Shown: piece after piece, positions 37,430 to 41,294 of the stretch
Layout of the letters: every line of letters begins with the position of its first letter
Numbering within the stretch: the first letter of the stretch is position 1
Source: a virus
Taxonomy: Duplodnaviria; Heunggongvirae; Uroviricota; Caudoviricetes
IMG/VR virus record: IMGVR_UViG_645951847_000024
DNA length: 41,294 nucleotides
Reading direction: 5' to 3' (one strand)
Position numbers and translations under genes: made by a program
The notes under the pieces: model-generated
Databases searched by the model: none
The model's input: only the letters and a program-made list of their open reading frames with translations
What the model was told of the DNA's origin: nothing

Positions 37430-37707
37430 CCTCTGGTCCTCGTTCTGTTTGGATAACTGACCCGGCGTCTGACCTCACGGCAGAACCGAATCATGGCATT
37501 AAAGGCTTCTTCCTCCGTCACCGCTTCCGGTATCCCCGGAACCAGTAACTGCTCCTGTTCATCACGTCCATGACGCGCCATAACCTCAATCACATGCCGT
37601 ACCGTGGCAGGCTTTCCGGCAACTATCGGCAATGCACCTTCCGGCAGGACGTAACCAAACTCAATAAGACCACTCGACCACGCCCATGCAATGAGATTTT
37701 TTTTCAC
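37426..37707 (-). CDS. Hypothetical protein (early region)
   Basis: 93 aa. Confidence 0.4.
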   Translation of the reverse strand: MKKNLIAWAWSSGLIEFGYVLPEGALPIVAGKPATVRHVIEVMARHGRDEQEQLLVPGIPEAVTEEEAFNAMIRFCREVRRRVSYPNRTRTRG

Positions 37708-37708
37708 C

Positions 37709-37975
37709 TCACACCTCCCAGTAAACCGTGCAGCCGCTGATGCGGGTGGCCTTCACACGGCGGCGCAGGCCGTTGGTCTGTATGGTGATTTCAATTTCAC
37801 CGGTTCCCTGCACGTTGCCTACCGGCGGCGTGGTTTTCAGTGCAAAACGTTGCGGATAGCGCTTACTGCGTTCCAGTACCGCACCGGCAAGTTCGGTCAG
37901 ACGGCGCGCGCTGTTCAGGGAGTCGAATAAATTCATTTTGTTACCGCAGGATTGCATATTCATATAACACCTCAT
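37709..37975 (-). CDS. Hypothetical protein (early region)
   Basis: 88 aa; start uncertain. Confidence 0.4.
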   Translation of the reverse strand: MRCYMNMQSCGNKMNLFDSLNSARRLTELAGAVLERSKRYPQRFALKTTPPVGNVQGTGEIEITIQTNGLRRRVKATRISGCTVYWEV

Positions 37976-38203
37976 TTAGCTGACTTGTTTCGCACCAACA
38001 GAACGGCATATTCCGCTGTAAACGTCTGTCGCACCTTCGCGATCAAGTCCGGCAGATATCACCATTCGTGTGCGGTCATTAAATTCAAAAAGTAAATCGC
38101 CACATTCTTTATTTTCGGCCAGTGAAATCACCTTCACGTTATCGAAATTAACCAGGTAAAAGCGTCCGTAAATATCAGGAATATTAAATACCGCCATAAT
38201 CAC
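37976..38203 (-). CDS. Small protein immediately after B; Kil-like by position and size only
   Basis: 75 aa directly downstream of the B gene, where Mu encodes the 74-aa Kil; no sequence recall to confirm. Confidence 0.35.
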   Translation of the reverse strand: MIMAVFNIPDIYGRFYLVNFDNVKVISLAENKECGDLLFEFNDRTRMVISAGLDREGATDVYSGICRSVGAKQVS

Positions 38204-39132
38204 ACCTGTGAGAGTAATTCAGGGTTGGTATAAACCTCTTTAAAGGCCGCATTAATATGTTTTTCTGTCAGCGCCGCGCCTTCACCGCTGGCGGTGAGCC
38301 ACGCCTGGTTAAGCGTATGTGTCAGAACGCGTAACGCTCCCGGCTTTTCAGCGATAGCCTGCATGACGGCCAGCTCGGCCTCACCACTGATCCCCCACGC
38401 CCTGGCAATGGCCAGCACATCCGCCTTTTTGGCCTTGCGAAGTTGTTTTGTACGGGCAAGACGGCTGAACAGGCGCGATAAATCATCAAAGGCGCGGCGT
38501 CCACCTTTAAACAATCCGCGCGGGTTACCAATAAGCACCATCCCGATCCCCGTGGCGTCCTGAATTGCCCGGAGTTGCTCCAGACCGTCAATACCCAGAT
38601 GATCCGCCTCATCCACAATCACCAGTCCACGCGTTCCCATCAGGCGACGGCGGATGGCGCGGGATAATGCCCCTTTGTTCGCGCGGGTGTAATCAATCCC
38701 CAGCGCATCGGCCAGCTCCAGCAGACACTCCGTGACGCTGGAGTGCGCGGGTGACAGGGTGATCATCCAGGTGTTTGGTTGCTCCTGGCAGTAATTACGG
38801 GCAGTGGCCGTTTTACCCACACCCGGTACGCCCACAATAACGTTAATACAGCCCATCAGACGAACCGCCTGAAACAGTGCGCGCAGCTCCTGGACTGTCT
38901 GCGTTTCCACAAACTGCGGCGGTTCCGGCAGTGCGCTTTGTTTATTCCAGTTTTCATACCAGGAACGCAGGGAAGCAGCCACAGCGGCGTTATCGCCTTT
39001 ATATTTCCCCTTGCGGAAAGCCGATAATGTGCCGTCGGAAATTCCCGCCTCTCTGGCGATGGCATACTGCGTCAGTACGCCGCCATCAATAAGTTCATCA
39101 ATGGTCTTGATTACATCGTTAATATCAGTCAT
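38200..39132 (-). CDS. B: Transposition ATPase B (MuB-like AAA+ target DNA activator)
   Basis: 310 aa; N-terminal HTH (VLTQYAIAREAGISDGTLS), Walker A GVPGVGKT, Walker B LVIVDEADHL; follows the transposase gene. Confidence 0.9.
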   Translation of the reverse strand: MTDINDVIKTIDELIDGGVLTQYAIAREAGISDGTLSAFRKGKYKGDNAAVAASLRSWYENWNKQSALPEPPQFVETQTVQELRALFQAVRLMGCINVIVGVPGVGKTATARNYCQEQPNTWMITLSPAHSSVTECLLELADALGIDYTRANKGALSRAIRRRLMGTRGLVIVDEADHLGIDGLEQLRAIQDATGIGMVLIGNPRGLFKGGRRAFDDLSRLFSRLARTKQLRKAKKADVLAIARAWGISGEAELAVMQAIAEKPGALRVLTHTLNQAWLTASGEGAALTEKHINAAFKEVYTNPELLSQV

Positions 39133-39203
39133 ATTATTAACCTCTCATTTGATACCTTGTTTAATCAAATAACCTGAGTCGCCGCTCGGGTTATTTTTTT
39201 ATT

Positions 39204-41294
39204 TCAGGCCAGCGGGTCATTTTCTTTTAATTTCGCTTCCAGCAACTGCAATCCCCGCTGGAAATTACGCTCGTATTCTTCATCAGGTTCATCGTCAGCG
39301 ACCGGTTGCTGAACGGTCACCGTATTACCCACAGGGCGGTATATGTTTTCCAGCCAGGGCTCCTGCGGCTTGTGCTCCAGCACGTTGACAACCTCATCCT
39401 CGGCATCACGGATTTTTTCCTCTGCGCGTTTACGCATGCCTTTAAGGCGTTGCTGCTGTTTGTAGTATTCCGCGCTGACCGGGAAGGCTTCGCGTTTATT
39501 GCCGTCCCATACCGCCTCGCAAATCACGCTGCCATCCAGGCGACGTACGGTAATTCGTTCGGCATCATGAATGTCATAGCTGATAAGCACCTTACGGCCA
39601 TGCTCGTCACGCAGCTCGGGCGCGTAGTAAATATTATTCAGCCAGCGTATTTCACAGCGTCTTACAGGGCGTTCCACCATCGGCCGGAACATATCCCGCA
39701 GCTCAACATCGGACAGCCATTCAATTTCCGTGTCCTCTTCCGCCAGGCGTTTTTTTCTGAACTCCGCCGGGCTGTAATGCTTGCCGTTCGGCTTCACCGG
39801 TAATTCATCGTGCGGCCGGTTGTTGTACCACTCAACACCGTCACGAATGGCATCAATCAGTTCAGACCAGGACGGTAAATCACGCATCGCTGACTGCTGC
39901 CGGGCGTTCAGCCGTTTGCCCTGTTGCAGGGCAGTAAATGCCGAGCGTAAATCGCGGTTGGTTTTGCGTAACGTCTCGCGATCTGCACCTTTCCCGAAAT
40001 AGGTGCGGTATTTACGGGCTATGCGCATCGGTAATGTGCGGTTAAGCCGTTCGATAATGCCTCGTCCCTGCGGATTACCGGCAATCCCGGTCGGGTGATT
40101 AATCCCCAGTCGCGGCAGTATCCCCACAACCTCCTTATCCAGGATGTCGGCGGTTTCCCCGGAGCCGTTATCCGAGTAATACAGAAACGGTTTGCCGTGA
40201 TGGCGAATGCCGTGCTGTATGGCACCGGCTACGGCGAAAACATTTTCAGCCAGGTCAAGGCTCCAGCCCACCACAAAGCGCGTGCCACCGTCGATAACAA
40301 AGGTCACTTCCGGTGCAAATGGCCGACCGTGAACCGGGTGTGCGCATTTCAGCTTCATGCCGTGACCGTCACCAATCCAGACATAATTCACCGGCATTCT
40401 GGACCAGTCGCGGCGCGTGAATCCCTCAAGCTGGCGGTATTCACTGCCGGTCACCCGGCCTTTTTGTTTCACCACTTCCGGCAGTTTCTTCATTGCGCGG
40501 CGAATGGTGTCATAAGACGGCATGATATCGAGCATATAAGGCTCATCAGCGTGCCGGTGCTGCCATTCAGCGACAAAATCCTCGTAAGCCTCGGTCATTG
40601 GTCGGCCGTTTGACTGGCGATACTGCGCCAGAAATTCGGGCAGCCAGTTAATATCTTCGGCTTTTATTTCCTGGCGCTTACCCGGTGCCAGTAAAAGCAG
40701 GCGTTCAGCGGCGTTCTGCGCCTTGTTAAAGGCCGCAATCCAGCGTTTCAGCGTGATTTCACTTAACGCGCGGCTGTTTCCCTTTTTGGCGTTCGCCGTC
40801 TCAACCATTGCCACAATGCGCTCGTCCAGCTGCGAACGTGCCAGGTTGTCAACGATAAACCGGATAGCCTTCGCACAGCTGAAACCAGGTTGTTGCGCGA
40901 CTTTCAGAACTTCGCTGACGATCGCGATTCGTGCATCAGCCACCTGGCGCTGGTTTTCAGTCAGGGCATTAAGGCGTTCGACCATCAGTTGTGGTGATCC
41001 GCGATATGCCTCCACCGCATCAACCACGGCAGGCGAGCGTCTGGCCTTTGTCACCACTGGAGCCGGTGATTCATCGACTTTTTGAGTCATCAGTTGCAGG
41101 GCGTAGCGTTCACGTAATGCCTGCTGCGTCACTTCAGGTAAACAGTCGATGCTGTATTCAGTTGCTTTAGAGCCTGAGCGACGACGGGAACAACAGCTTT
41201 TCCCTTGTACGTAACGTTGTAATGCCTGGCGAATACCTTTTGTTGTAGCAGGCATTCCGGGCGCGCCAATCAGTTCTTTTGCAATGACATACAT
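39204..41294 (-). CDS. A: DDE transposase A (MuA-like); start at or near window end
   Basis: 696 aa upstream of B; large multi-domain protein of the size and position of Mu A. Confidence 0.85.
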   Translation of the reverse strand: MYVIAKELIGAPGMPATTKGIRQALQRYVQGKSCCSRRRSGSKATEYSIDCLPEVTQQALRERYALQLMTQKVDESPAPVVTKARRSPAVVDAVEAYRGSPQLMVERLNALTENQRQVADARIAIVSEVLKVAQQPGFSCAKAIRFIVDNLARSQLDERIVAMVETANAKKGNSRALSEITLKRWIAAFNKAQNAAERLLLLAPGKRQEIKAEDINWLPEFLAQYRQSNGRPMTEAYEDFVAEWQHRHADEPYMLDIMPSYDTIRRAMKKLPEVVKQKGRVTGSEYRQLEGFTRRDWSRMPVNYVWIGDGHGMKLKCAHPVHGRPFAPEVTFVIDGGTRFVVGWSLDLAENVFAVAGAIQHGIRHHGKPFLYYSDNGSGETADILDKEVVGILPRLGINHPTGIAGNPQGRGIIERLNRTLPMRIARKYRTYFGKGADRETLRKTNRDLRSAFTALQQGKRLNARQQSAMRDLPSWSELIDAIRDGVEWYNNRPHDELPVKPNGKHYSPAEFRKKRLAEEDTEIEWLSDVELRDMFRPMVERPVRRCEIRWLNNIYYAPELRDEHGRKVLISYDIHDAERITVRRLDGSVICEAVWDGNKREAFPVSAEYYKQQQRLKGMRKRAEEKIRDAEDEVVNVLEHKPQEPWLENIYRPVGNTVTVQQPVADDEPDEEYERNFQRGLQLLEAKLKENDPLA

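Larger units (their letters stand above)
3280..41294 (-). mobile_element. Mu-like transposable prophage, partial (right end near 3.3 kb; left end beyond window end)
   Basis: Gene order on minus strand matches Mu: A, B, early region with gam, gemA, mor/C, lys, terminase, portal, F, G, I, T, sheath, tube, tape measure, baseplate, S, invertible segment, gin, com, mom. Confidence 0.85.

Noticed and set aside
1-41294. CRISPR arrays, tRNA or rRNA genes
   Set aside because: No repeat-spacer periodicity and no tRNA-like or rRNA-like sequence noticed. The only tandem repeat is the in-frame hexanucleotide tract.

Overview
The window holds the 3' end of a large host SF2 helicase gene (1-3279, + strand) followed by a nearly complete Mu-like transposable prophage on the minus strand (about 3.3 kb to the window end at 41294). 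In phage order (high to low coordinates) it reads: DDE transposase A, transposition ATPase B, an early region with Gam and about 14 small ORFs of unknown function, GemA-like and Mor/C-family regulators, a lysis cassette (SAR-type endolysin, nested spanins), terminase, portal, head morphogenesis, protease/scaffold, major capsid, sheath, tube, tape measure, baseplate, tail fibre, a short Gin-type invertible tail-fibre segment with its serine invertase, a cargo insert (predicted sialate O-acetylesterase plus small genes) and com-mom at the right end. The repressor-side left end lies outside the window. No rRNA, tRNA or CRISPR array was seen. I could not single out one clearly novel system; the best candidates are the cargo block between gin and com-mom, the degenerate invertible segment, and the AT-rich early-region genes. 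All calls rest on reading the supplied translations and the nucleotide sequence by eye plus recalled family features; no database search or computation was possible, so family names are hypotheses. ORFs in the track may begin with GTG/TTG, so several start coordinates are approximate.
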